This document shows, in pieces, positions 52,273 through 64,000 of a stretch of DNA of 64,000 bases. The position numbers and the translations under genes were made by a program. Position 1 is the stretch's first letter. Every line of letters starts with the position of its first letter. A model generated the notes under the pieces. The model was not told the DNA's origin and made no database searches. It saw nothing but the letters and a program-made list of their open reading frames with translations. The DNA lies in contig NC_043008.1 in the NCBI RefSeq assembly GCF_006345805.1, positions 77,438,001-77,502,000 on the forward strand, read 5' to 3'. Source of the DNA: Octopus sinensis (lineage: Eukaryota).

Positions 52273-52399
52273 AGGTAATGGTATCATTGAGGCCCAAAGG
52301 TGTCAGGTAATGCTGAATAAGTGCTATAGACAGACCGTAGTTAAGTTCCAGGTTCGGTAATTTTGCGAATAAGGGGTTCAAGGTTGGTCATATGTCAGC

Positions 52400-52870
52400 G
52401 TCTGTATATAAGATTTTTTTTGCGTAATGAGATAAAAAAGAAAACCAAGGCCGTGTAGATATTAGAAAATTTATAGATATAAGATCTTACAGCTGTTTCT
52501 AGGATATTTATTAATTATATCCCTTCATCGGAGACGGTGTGAGAGGATGGTTAAGTAATACTTAATTTAGATAGGATACAAAATAGAGAGTGAGGTGGAG
52601 GAAAGAAAACAGATGTGAGATATGTAAGGATATTGAAGTTGTAGATCCATTTTTTAGGCAGAATGGTATATATGTAAGATTCCAATACCTCATGAGTAAA
52701 ATCTAACAGAATTTAAAATGGGTCATTCCAAATATAGAGTTTATACACACTGTAAGATTCCAATGCCTTATGAGTGTGATCCAGCAGTGTTTAAACTTGG
52801 TCATTTCAAGTATAGAATTTATACACAGTATTGTAGAGTCAAAGGTTTTTATTTTAAGTGACTTACAAAT
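52400..52870 (-). mobile_element. Family D element, second copy
   Basis: Reverse complement of 11980-12425. Confidence 0.75.
52484..52535 (-). ncRNA. Minimal hammerhead fold, U4C core variant
   Basis: GUCU-CCGAUGA-AGGGAUAU...AUAUCCU-A-GAAAC-AGCU-GUA-AGAU. Confidence 0.68.
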
Positions 52871-53329
52871 AGGGAGTGTATTAGTAGGGTCAAATCGAAA
52901 ACTGGAAGAGCGGAATAAAGAAAGAGAAAAAAAGAGAAGAGAAAAAAAGGAAAAAAAAAAAGAGAAAAGAGAGAGAAGGAGAAGAAAGTAAGAAGAAAAG
53001 TAATAAATTAGCAAAAAAATAATAACAATAAAATACCCTGATGAGAGGAATAAAGGAAAGAAAGAAAAAAGAAAAAAGAAAAATGAAGATATAGATAACT
53101 TAGTGGACAGTGGAGATAATTTGAAAGTAGGAGTGGGGAGATGAAGGGGGAAAAAGAAAGAAAGGTATTATAGTGTAAAAAGATAGAAGGAATGAGGGGT
53201 GGTAAAAGGTAAAGGAGTGACAAATGTGTAGTGGTAGATTCTAAGTGTAGGGGCAGTAGTATGTGTGTGTGAGTGTATGTGTGTATTATATCTAGTATAT
53301 ATAAATCACAATATGTGTGTATAATGATG

Positions 53330-53630
53330 AACACATACATCCTCAACCAATTTTCACCAAACTTTACACACACATTACTTATATCCAAAGGTTGGTAATG
53401 CACTATAACATTTTGCACAGAGCTCTCGCGTAAATGGACGTAAATGGACATAGATTTTTTTGTATGTAGGATCTTCCATACTTTAAAAATTTTTTATAAG
53501 GACTTTTCTATTTATTTATTTTGTCTGTCCACCTGCGACGGTGATTAATTGACTAGGAACACTGAACGCATACATTTCCACAATTCTCAACCGATTTTCA
53601 CCAAACTGTACACACATGTATGTCCCAAGA
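53330..53630 (+). mobile_element. Non-autonomous Helitron-like core fragments
   Basis: Two ctcaacc.attttcaccaaact.tacacaca motifs similar to 1185-1225. Confidence 0.45.
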
Positions 53631-54504
53631 ATAGTCTCTCTCTAGGAACACAGTACACGATGAATATTCAATACCAAAAAAAGCTTAATTTCCATATTTA
53701 AACTGCATTTAAGTTTGACAAGCTTACCTTTACCTATTCTGAGTTACTTGAAAGGTGATGTTCCCTTCGCTCTCTTCTATTTGTCGATACTTTTGTTTAC
53801 CTACAAGTGCGTTGTTTCTCTTTAAGGATGCTTATTTACCCATCCATTATGATATTTCAACTGTTGTCCATTGTTTCAAATACGCTTTAGCATTGTTGTT
53901 CTAGCCTTTTTTAAACAATCACATTTGATTTGTCCCAAAGAATTAACCTTTAAATAAGAGTTTGCTTCCACTAGCGAAAGCTATACGTATCTTTCAGAAA
54001 GCTCCATACCAATTTATGCGGCATTCACTGTTAGTTTATGTGCAGGTTATGTGGGAAGACAATAAAGGGGCTTTCGATAGCTTATCTCTCCGAAAAAATA
54101 TCTCCCTTTGCTAATATCACAGAGCGGGGATTTCAACGTCTTCCTTCAATTTCTTTACACTATTTATGTGGCTGTTTCTGACAAGAAATTTCGCTTTCAT
54201 GTAAAAGGACTATATTTTGTAGTCATTATCCGTAATCTACTCCCAAAACAGTCCAGTAGCTCTGTTTTGCATCGCTTGCAAACTTATACGTTCTATGATT
54301 ATTAGAGTACAACGACCTCCACAATAACCAGCCTTCGATTTGATTTTCCGTTCCTAGATTAATCGGAAACATAGATTGCTGTGTTACTCAAACTTTCTCG
54401 GTACTTCAATTATTTGGTGACAAAAATGCCACCAAAGCAACTTAAACCATCCAAATGATGGGTGCGTTTACTAGCATACACACAATCACACACACATATA
54501 TGTA

Positions 54505-54559
<55 letters not shown>

Positions 54560-54575
54560 TATATATGCATACATA

Positions 54576-55841
54576 TATAAGTTCTATCCGAAATTTGAAT
54601 AAAGAAAGCAAGTGATCAAATGTTATATTTAATTGAAATTTAATCATCAATGCACTTTCCCTAGTTATCTATGACTTCCTTCCATCTATATACAAGCTTT
54701 TTAATCCCATTAATGTAAAACTCTTTTGATTTCAAAGCGAAGAACTCTAAAATGTTAGTTTCGTCCTCCTGGCTTGCGAAAGTTATGTCACCCAAATGAT
54801 TCTGTAAACTACGAAACAAATGATAGTCTTAAGGAGCAAGATCGGGAGAATAAGGTGGATGAGGAATTTTTTTTCAACCAAGATCCTCGATCTTCTGTGA
54901 TGTGATCTTTGCAGCGTGGGGTCGTGCATTCTCCTAATGAAACATCAATCCTTTTCGATTCACTAAAGTGGGTCTTTTTCTCTTCAAAGCTTGGTTCAAA
55001 CACTCTAATTGCTGACAGTAGACTTGATCATTGATTGTTGCTAACAATTGTGGTAACAATTCAAAGTGAATTGCTCCTTTGCAATCCCACTAGGTAGAGA
55101 GAAGAACCTACGAAGTTCACATTCTCTGTTGTGGTTGAGCTTTTTCCCTTTTACCAAACCACTTTTTGCGACGTTTAACTTTTCGATAGAAGATCCATTT
55201 TTCGTTACCAGTTACAAATCGATCCAAAAAGGGTGAAATGAGTTCGCGAGAATGGAGAGAAGAGCAGATGTCAACTCGGGATTTACGGTTGCTTTCGGAC
55301 AATTCCTGAGGCACCCATTTTTCAAGTTTAGGAACCTTTCCAAGTTGTTGAAGATGACGATGAATAGTTGTATGGTTTGAACTAAGCTTTAGTACCAATT
55401 CTTCAACTGATAATGCAGGATTTTCTTCTAGTAATGTCCCAAGGAGCTTATCATCAAACTCAACTTGTCCTGTTCGATCCTCATCTTCAAGGTTGAAATC
55501 TTCACTTCTGAATTTTGTCAATCATCTTCTGCAAGTTCTTTTATTCAAGAATTCTTTCCCATAAACTGAGTGTATGTTTCGAGTCGCTTCGGCTGCAGAG
55601 TTCCTTTTTTGTACTCATAAAGCATTATGTGCCTCAAATGCTCTTTGGATACTTCCATGTTAGAAAGGGTTTAATCAAAGAAATTTTAATTCTATTATTC
55701 TGTAAAATAATATATAATTAGTTTAAATGTAAACAAATGCATAAAAATAATTTTTAATTCCATTAGACATTCTAAAATACTGTTAAATTTCATTCAATTT
55801 TAAAAGAGGTAAAATCGGACAGGGCTTATAGAATGACCTGA
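54576..55841 (-). mobile_element. mariner-type transposon with internal deletion
   Basis: KWVPQEL, FVTGNEKWIFY, ENARPH, HPPYSPDLAP; terminal tataagttct.tccga at 54576 matches the reverse complement of 55815-55832. Confidence 0.92.
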
Positions 55842-55848
55842 TATTATT

Positions 55849-56525
55849 TGATGAAAATTCTCAGCTTATTTTGCTGGGTATGATGGAAAGGGTCAACTGT
55901 CCACAGCCAGCAAACTAAGGTGACATTTGTTTACTGGTCATGCTTCAAGAACCCTGCGAAGAATTCTTGCAGTTCCAAACAATGCTGATTTTTGCAGGTG
56001 TTTTATCCTTACGTTTGTACCAATCTTTTTGCTCCACGTTTTTAGTTGAGTGCTGATACTTCCAAGTGTGCCAATTACTATTGGTATCACCTCTACTCTC
56101 CTCATTGACCACAACCTTTGCATTTCCCACTTCAAATCGTCGCAGCTGTTTAGTTTTTCTTCTTTCACATTGATCCTGTTGTCACACGGGACATGTTATG
56201 TCGATTATCATACATGCTCTTTCTTTTTTACCCACCACAACAATATCCTGTTTCCGATGTCTGGTCAGTTGAATGCGCTGAATCTTTGCATCCCACAGGA
56301 ATTTGCAATTTTCATTTTCGGTGACTCCTTTTGGGGTTTGCACAAGCCACATCTTTGCTCTTTGTTGGCTGTGGTTTTCACAGAGCTCCCAATGAATCAT
56401 TCTTGCCACATTGTCATATCGTCTTTTGTATTCCTTTTGTGTCAATTTCGGGCATTCGCTATCGATGTGCCATACCGTTTCATCCCTCTCACCACACATT
56501 CTGCATTTGTCGCTGTCAGTAGTGT
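55849..56525 (-). mobile_element. R4/Dong-type LINE 3' fragment C (same family as fragment B)
   Basis: DKCRMCGERDETVWHI.SEC, IIDITCP, FGTARILRRVLEA*; 3' UTR matches 43352-43450. Confidence 0.9.
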
Positions 56526-56550
56526 TGTTGCTATCACTATTATCATTATT

Positions 56551-56766
56551 AAGGCAGCGAGCTGGCAGAATCGTTAGCACACCGGGTAAAATGCCAAGTG
56601 GTACTTCGTCTACCGCAACGTTAAGAGTTCAAATTCCGCCGAGGTTGACTTTGCCTTTTATCCTTTCGAGGTCAATAAATTAAGTACCAGTGGAGTGTTG
56701 GGTCGATGTGATCGACTGTCCTCATCCCCACAAAATCCAGGCCTTGTGCCTATAGTAAAATGGATT
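56551..56766 (+). mobile_element. SINE family 1 (tRNA-like head, B-box GAGTTCAAATTCC)
   Basis: Full copy; the central domain resembles, from recall, the conserved Meta/Nin-type SINE domain. Confidence 0.9.
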
Positions 56767-57974
56767 TTCGGTTTGGAATGGGATTGGCTCAGATATTTAT
56801 CGGGCACATTTTAGCTAACCAAGCCCTATGTACCGGCTGAACATTCCCACCCCATTGTAGACTCTTAATAGGAATAGTATAGTTAGGTAGCAGGTGTATA
56901 TATATTTCAATGTATAATAAATTATTTAATATGCATCCTACACATTGCACTGTACAATAGTACAAGTACAACTCAATACAGATATAGAAGGTTTGCTCTT
57001 CAGATCAACAAAGCACCATGGTTACACCGTTTCAGGTTCAGTTCCACAGCAGGACATTAAGAATATAAAATGTTTCCAGTTGAATCATCATCATCGTCAT
57101 CATTATCGTTGTCGTCGTCGTCATTGCCATCGTCAGCGTCAGTGGTCGTCATCACCAGCACAACAACCACTACAACACCACCGCTGGAACGACCACTATT
57201 ATACACCACCACTGACATAACGTCTACTTCCATTTCAACATTACCGCCACCATACTAACACCATTACCACTACTATCATATTAATGCCACCACCACCACC
57301 ACCATAAAAAAGTGCTCTATAAGTGGATGCAGTGTTTGTTTGTGTAGATTGCAATCAGTCGAAAGACTGCTTGTTTACTTAAGGAAATACCAGTCCTGTT
57401 ATTGTTTGTTGGAGATTGCGAAAAGAAAACTTTTGCTCTCTACTATATTCATATTTTATTTTATTTTCTTTTCATAGCTCTTACTATTTTTAAGGGAGTG
57501 TTAGCAGTAACCTAGTTTATTGCTTCATCACCCAAACAAGTCATTAATTAGTTTTTACTATCAAAGTGACGAAATATTTCGCTATTGCTCTGTAAGAGTG
57601 AGCTAGAATCTGAAGTTACATAATTGATAACTTACAGAGCACCTCCTCACCGAAACAAGGTATATCAGTTTTCATTTATTCTTTGTAACTCAATTCAAAC
57701 ATTGATAAGGTGACATGCTTAAACTAGGGAGTGAGAGATATTGTTGACAATTGTTAATTCAGCCTAAATTCATTGGGTTCTTTCACCGCCTTTTACGCCC
57801 GTCTTTTAGAATCCATCTGCTCTAGAAGGATATTCTGCTTAAAGATATTGCAACTTTCTTAAAGTTAACTTGTTGAGAGATACTGCTCTACCTTGATAGG
57901 CTACTGTTTAATATAAGTCTGTTTTAACTGGAGAACCTCTACTCTCTCTGACTATCTCTTTGTTTTCTACATGT

Positions 57975-58078
<104 letters not shown>

Positions 58079-58153
58079 CTGTCATGGATTGACCTTAATG
58101 TAGTGTATATATATACATGTCTGTGTGTGAATGTGTGTGTGTATGTGTGTGTG

Positions 58154-59352
58154 TAGGGTTGGCCAAAATGTTCGTTCTTTTTTTCGTTTTTTTAAGCGAA
58201 AATAACACAAGTTTTAAACACAAAGCGATTTATTCCATTAATAATATAATTGCTGTTTTTTTTCCAGTTTCTTCTGCCATCTTGTGGGCAGATCCCCTGC
58301 TCATAGAATTTTCTCTCTTTATTGGCGGACAACTCAGCCAGATGAACTTTATTTTTATATCGTTTTCATGGATGAAGGTTTGTTCATTCAATGAATTTTG
58401 AAGAGATCGAAAAAAGGTTGAAATCTGAAGGTGCAGGGACAGGTAAATATAGAGGTGCGGCAAAATTTCACAGCCAAGCCCCAGTAACTTCTGCTGCATT
58501 TGTAAAGACGTCTGCAGTCTGGCATTGTAATGATGAATGACGATTACATTATGATCAGCAAGTGTTGGACGTTTCCGATAGTTCGCCGCGTTCATTTAGC
58601 CCTGCTGCTCACAGCACAGCCGAATTGATGTGTCTATCTATAGAAAGAAATTCGTTCGCTTTGGAGGTTGTTGTTATAGGTGACCCGTTTTTCGTCCCCT
58701 GTCACCATTCTCTTCAGAGATAATTTTCTCCACATTTGTGTAACGAATCGCAGATGGATATTCGTTGGGCTATGTTCCCTTCATTCAATTGATGTAGGAA
58801 CCAAATATCGAGCCTTCTAACGTAACCAAGTTGGTGCAGGTGATTTTCAACACTCGATTTGAATATTTGGGGAATATCAATGATCATCTTGGTCGTATAA
58901 CAGGTGTTGATGCCAACCAACACCTTCATTTTGTCGCTGTTAATCTCAGTTGGCCAGCCAGAGCGAGGTGCATCTTGAACCGAAAAATTTCCTGATCGAA
59001 ATCTAGTAAACCGCTTCTGGCACACACGCTCCTAACAACATTCTCTCCACACGCCGTGCACACTTACCTACATGTTTCTGCCGCATTCTTATCTTTTTAA
59101 AAATAAAAAAACAACATGCAGTGTCGATAATATTCGTTGTGGTTCCCCAGTTTCAGGATGATCCCAAGCATACAAAATACAACCCGTCTTGTCGAAACTT
59201 TGCCTCGAACTATATTGAAGTATCAAATATCTAGTGATTGCGCATGCGCAGGGAACAGCCTGAAGTTAGCTACATAGAGTATTTGAAGTTTAATGCCGAC
59301 AAAAACAGAACCGATATTTTGACACCCTATATATATATTTGACAACCCTGTA
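58154..59352 (-). mobile_element. mariner-type transposon, internally deleted, diverged TIRs
   Basis: RFRSGNFSVQDAPRSGWP, HQLGYVRRLDIWFLHQL, FFRSLQNSL; TIR tagggttggccaaaa (58154) versus ttttgacaccctata (59317-59331), with a partial duplicate to 59352. Confidence 0.88.
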
Positions 59353-59369
59353 TATATATATATGTATGT

Positions 59370-59370
59370 A

Positions 59371-59466
<96 letters not shown>

Positions 59467-59467
59467 A

Positions 59468-59520
<53 letters not shown>

Positions 59521-59535
59521 CCTACCTACCTATTT
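59370..59535. repeat. (TATC)n microsatellite
   Basis: Direct inspection. Confidence 0.97.
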
Positions 59536-59603
59536 ATATTTAGAATACGAGAATTTTAATGGAGATAAAGCTCCAGTATATAGTACATCTGTCTTTTCGC
59601 TCG

Positions 59604-59634
<31 letters not shown>

Positions 59635-59898
59635 AAGGCGACTCCAGGTCATCAGCGTCACTCAGGTTCATCACAGATTTCACATAAGACACATGCCTGC
59701 TCGAGGAATTTCTCGTTTTTCCGCTTTATTTCTAGACCCAAATGACTTATGTTTTATATCTAACACTATGTCATACTTCATTTCTAAGTTAAGGGTAAAA
59801 ATAAAGCAGCCCTGCAAAACATAACTGATCTTCACCACAGATGCACTGAATAACAGCAATCAAATAACGATAGCGGAATACACAACAATCATCAGCGA

Positions 59899-59967
<69 letters not shown>

Positions 59968-60059
59968 TTCTGTATGTGTATTTTGTTTCATATTTATTTT
60001 TGCATTTTATATTTTCATATTTATTTTTGCATTTTATATTTTCATAATTGTACTTTATA

Positions 60060-60181
60060 ATCTCTGACGAGGCCTTGAGATATATAAGTAACTCATTTTT
60101 AACTGCATATTACCTCAATACATTTGAATAATATAGGCACAATGAGATACCTTTATCTACAGGCTGAAACAGCTGTAAGAT
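60060..60181 (+). ncRNA. Hammerhead ribozyme with canonical core and ~85-nt stem II insertion
   Basis: AUCU-CUGACGA-GGCCU...AGGCU-GAAAC-AGCU-GUA-AGAU. Confidence 0.8.
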
Positions 60182-60438
60182 CCATTTATATGTAATATTT
60201 TTATGGTATTATCTTACTTAGTGATATATATTGTTTTATTCTGTTGGATTTGGATGTTCCTATTTAATTAGTTAATAAATTATATGAATTGGTATTATCT
60301 GTAAGTTGATGATTGAAAGGAATCTGTTCCTCCATTTTCATATTTGTATTATATATATATTTATATACATATATACATATACGTATATACATACATACAT
60401 ACATATACATATATATATATATATATTATATATATATA

Positions 60439-60544
60439 TTTATTATATAGAAATCTTCAGGAAGCTCCTGAAGATTTCTCTTGAATGAAACAGTACTATT
60501 GAGTACCTTACTTACTGTGGTTAACCCCGGATCAACCCGGGACC

Positions 60545-60548
<4 letters not shown>
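60439..60548. mobile_element. Family A element, shortened second copy
   Basis: Hairpin agaaatcttcagga-agc-tcctgaagatttct plus the reverse complement of 835-900. Confidence 0.7.
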
Positions 60549-60578
<30 letters not shown>

Positions 60579-60580
<2 letters not shown>

Positions 60581-60969
60581 CGCAGGAGTGGCTGTGTGGT
60601 AAGTAGCTTGCTTACATACCACATGGTTCCGGGCTCATTCCCACTGCGTGGCACCTTGGGCAAGTGTCTTCTACTATAGCCCTGAGCCGGTCAAATCCTT
60701 GTGAGTGGATTTGGTAGATGGAAACTGAAGGAAGCCTTCGTATATATGTATATATGTATGTTGTGTGTGTGTATATGTTTGTGTGTCTGTGTTTGTCCCC
60801 CCCAACATCACTTGACAACCGATGGTCCCCATAAATTAGCGGCTCGGCAAAAGAGAACGATAGAATAAGTAATAAGCTTACAAAGAATAAGTCATAGGGT
60901 CGATTTGCTCGATTAAAGGCGGTGCCCCAGCATGGCCACAGTCAAATGACTGAAGTAAGTAAAAGAGTA
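60579..60969 (+). mobile_element. SINE family 2 (tRNA-derived head), full length
   Basis: A-box-like TGGCTGTGTGG, B-box-like GGGCTCATTCCC, ccttgggcaagtg core, internal TA/TG tract, (AAGAGTA)-type tail. Confidence 0.9.
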
Positions 60970-61066
60970 TATATATATATATATATAATATATATATATA
61001 TATATACTCTTATACAGACACATGCACACACACACACACACACACAAATATATATATGTATATATA

Positions 61067-61113
<47 letters not shown>

Positions 61114-61413
61114 GCAAACATATACACACTGACACAAACACTTATATGCACACACAAGGCAGAAATATTAGTATAACCAATAAACTGACAGGAGTAAAAT
61201 AAAATTAAAAAATTTAAAAGATAATGAACGTCTAGTATGTTCTAATGGATAATGGTTAGACGCGGATGCACTCATATCTACATATATATGCTTGTATCCA
61301 CATATACGTGTCCATATGTGCCCGTGTCGATCATGTATACCCTCAATTACATACGCGTAAAAAGATATATATACGAGGGGTGTATGAAAAGTCTTGAGCC
61401 GCCTCAAAAAAAA

Positions 61414-61747
61414 AGGGCAAGTGTCTTCTACTATAGCCTCTGGCCGACCAAAGCCTTGTGAGTGGATTTGGTATATGGAAACTGAAAGAAGCCCGTCGTA
61501 TATATGTATATATATATGTGTGCGTGTATGTTTGTGTGTCTGTGTTTGTCCCCCTAGCATTGCTTGACAACCGATGCTGGTGTGTTTATGTCCCCGTCAC
61601 TAAGCGGTTCGGCAAAAGAGACCGATAAAACAAGTACTGGGCTTACAAAGAATAAGTCCCGGGGTCGAGTTACTCGATTAAAGGCAGTGCTCCAGCATGG
61701 CCGCAGTCAAATAACTGAAACAAGTAAAAGAGTAAAAGAGTAAAGAG
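61414..61747 (+). mobile_element. SINE family 2, 5'-truncated
   Basis: Aligns to 60657-60969. Confidence 0.9.
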
Positions 61748-62478
61748 AGAGTGGTTTATAAACAATTGTGCAAATGAAGGAATGAATAGGTCAATAAGAA
61801 AAGATAATAGATATAAGAAATGGATGTGAAAACAATAGGTATAATAGATGGCATAAATAAAGAGATACAGAAACAAGATAAATGAAAATTGACAGGTGAA
61901 AAAGAGAGTTGATCTGCACATAGAAAATGAAGGCATAACGGGAAAGATCTCTCTTTGTGAAATGAGCAAGTGATTGTCTTCTGGTATGAGGCTGTTACAA
62001 TGTTATTGTATAAATTGTAATATAAAACCCAGTAGAAAGCCGTATGCAAAATTGTAATGGGTTTTCGAGAAGAGATGAGTGAAACGGTGGCAGAAGGTTG
62101 GGAAAGAAGAGACAGAGATAGTGAGGAATGAAGCTGAGGCAGAATGGGGCTGGGGTAGGAGGACAAGTAAATAAGGTAGAAGGGTAGGAAGGAAAGAGAA
62201 ATAGAGGAAAGGATGGAAAGGTGAAATAGAGAGGACGAGAAGAAATAAGAGAGGAGGTAAAAAGGGAAAAGGAAAGGAGAGTGGCAGAAAGAAAGGAATA
62301 GGGTAGAGAAGAACAAGAGCAGGGAGAAATGGATAAGAAAAAGAAGAAAAAAGTAAATAAGGGTTTAAAATGTAATAAAAGAGTACTCAATTATATCCAA
62401 GTTCATTTCGAATGTCGAATTCCAAGATTTTTATTTCCTTTTACTTAGGTTTAACAATGATATTTATGAGACATCAAA

Positions 62479-62524
62479 CTTATGGATGAGACACTCCAAG
62501 GCTGTGGAGTGTCTCATCCATAAG
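62479..62524. repeat. Perfect 20-bp hairpin with a 6-nt loop
   Basis: cttatggatgagacactcca-aggctg-tggagtgtctcatccataag. Confidence 0.95.
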
Positions 62525-62587
62525 GAAGGGTGGCTATAATGTTGCTGTAAACATGAATACACAGGTGTTACAGCTTCTCGCGTAAAC

Positions 62588-63043
62588 TTTTACTGGTTTC
62601 AGCTATTAAGCTGTAGCCATGCTGGAGCACCTCCTTTAGTCAAACAAATCGACCCCAGGACTTATTCTTTTTAAGCCTACTACTTATTCTGTCATTCTCT
62701 TTTGCCGAACTGCCAAGTTACAGGGACGTAAACACACCAATATCGGTTGTCAAGCGATGGAGGGAGAACAAACACAGACACACAAACACGCACGCACACA
62801 CACACACACACACACCACACACGCACACACACACACACACACACACATACGCACACACACATATACATATATACGACGGGCTTCTTTCAATTTCCGTCTA
62901 CCAAATCCATTTACAAGGCTTTGGTCGGCCCGAGGCCATAGTAGTGCCACGTAGTGAGACTGAATCAGGAACCATGTAGTGAGACTGAACCAGGAACCAT
63001 GTAGTTGGTAAGCAAGCTACTTGCCACATAGCCACTCCTGCGC

Positions 63044-63046
<3 letters not shown>
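62588..63046 (-). mobile_element. SINE family 2 with an internal 25-bp tandem duplication
   Basis: Reverse complement of the family; gtagtgagactgaa.caggaaccat twice (62951-63000). Confidence 0.9.
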
Positions 63047-63080
<34 letters not shown>

Positions 63081-63209
63081 CGTGATCACATGACCGTCCA
63101 GATTATCAGATGTTGCTACACATCGCTGGTCACAATGCGCTTCACATTGTTTTAGCCTATATATACATATATATATATATATATAGAGAGAGAGACAGAC
63201 AGAGACAGA

Positions 63210-63376
63210 GACGATGGGCTTCTTTCAGTTTCCCCCTCTACCAAATCCACTCACAAGGCATTGGTCGGCCCGAGGCTATAACAGAACACACTTGCCCAAG
63301 GTGCCAGCAGTGGGACTGAACCTAGAACCATGTGGGTGGGAAGCATGCTTCTTGCCACACAGTCACTCCTGCGCCT
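63210..63376 (-). mobile_element. SINE family 2, 5' half
   Basis: gggcttctttcagttt...ccactcctgcgcct-type sequence. Confidence 0.85.
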
Positions 63377-64000
63377 GTATATATTATATCATTGTTTAAA
63401 ATAGTTTAAGACACACATTACGAGGAAAGCAAAACCATGTTCTGGTGAATTCAAGGATCTTAATTTATCTTAATGGAACTGAGATTTAATTCAATTTAAA
63501 CCAGGATTTAAGTTAAAGCCGATGCTTAAAATTTTCTGTTGATGACAGGATTTGATATTGATATATAACATTATAGAAGAATGAACCAATGTTCTAACGG
63601 CTTCTCAAAAAAAAAAAAAAAACAACAACAACAGATATATAAAGAAACTTACATATGATATAATGTCGAAGAGATTGCTATTTCTGTATAAAGCATTCCC
63701 ATTTCCGACATCATTCTTAATATATCTACTTTATGATACTTTCTTTGACTCCCACACTTTACTGTTGCTTAATTGATTCCTCAGTTCTTTTCTCAACACT
63801 TTATATCAATTGGCTCTTAGGATTTATTAATATCAATGCGAAAGTATTTTTAGTCTGACGTCTACCAATTATGAACCTGTCTGAGGACATACTGCAATTC
63901 TAGTTACGTCTCCGGTGAAGCTGCCCCCAACAGCTTCTTCTTTTTATCAAGTGGATATGTTTAAAGGCTGAAGGAAAGCGACAATTAGAGAGACAGAACA

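Noticed and set aside
60579-60660. tRNA-like heads of SINE families 1 and 2 as tRNA genes
   Set aside because: No complete cloverleaf, and they run into SINE bodies.

Overview
AT-rich, microsatellite-dense animal genomic DNA. From recall of the SINE families and simple-repeat landscape it is most likely octopus/coleoid cephalopod; this is an inference, not a database result. The only host coding sequence I can support is two minus-strand exons of an ADAMTS/ADAMTS-like gene (49612-49510 and 21268-21138). They have canonical splice sites and matching phases, encode the end of TSP1 plus the cysteine-rich domain, and are separated by a 28.2 kb intron, so probably the whole window is intronic. The rest is mobile DNA: a Penelope-like element (RT + GIY-YIG), a near-full-length R4/Dong LINE plus several 3' fragments in (TAA)n, an RTE LINE, a Hero-like LINE remnant, an ORF1-only LINE-like element interrupted by a non-autonomous Gypsy-type LTR element, Tc1/mariner remnants, Helitron pieces and many SINEs. 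The most striking unannotated signal is a set of about ten minimal type I hammerhead-ribozyme folds carried by short, often palindromic, TA-repeat-associated elements. One three-copy family has a compensatory G3-C8 swap of the catalytic C3-G8 pair, and several copies lie sense to the host pre-mRNA. Most short ORFs in the supplied track are microsatellite artefacts. Boundaries of decayed repeats are approximate.
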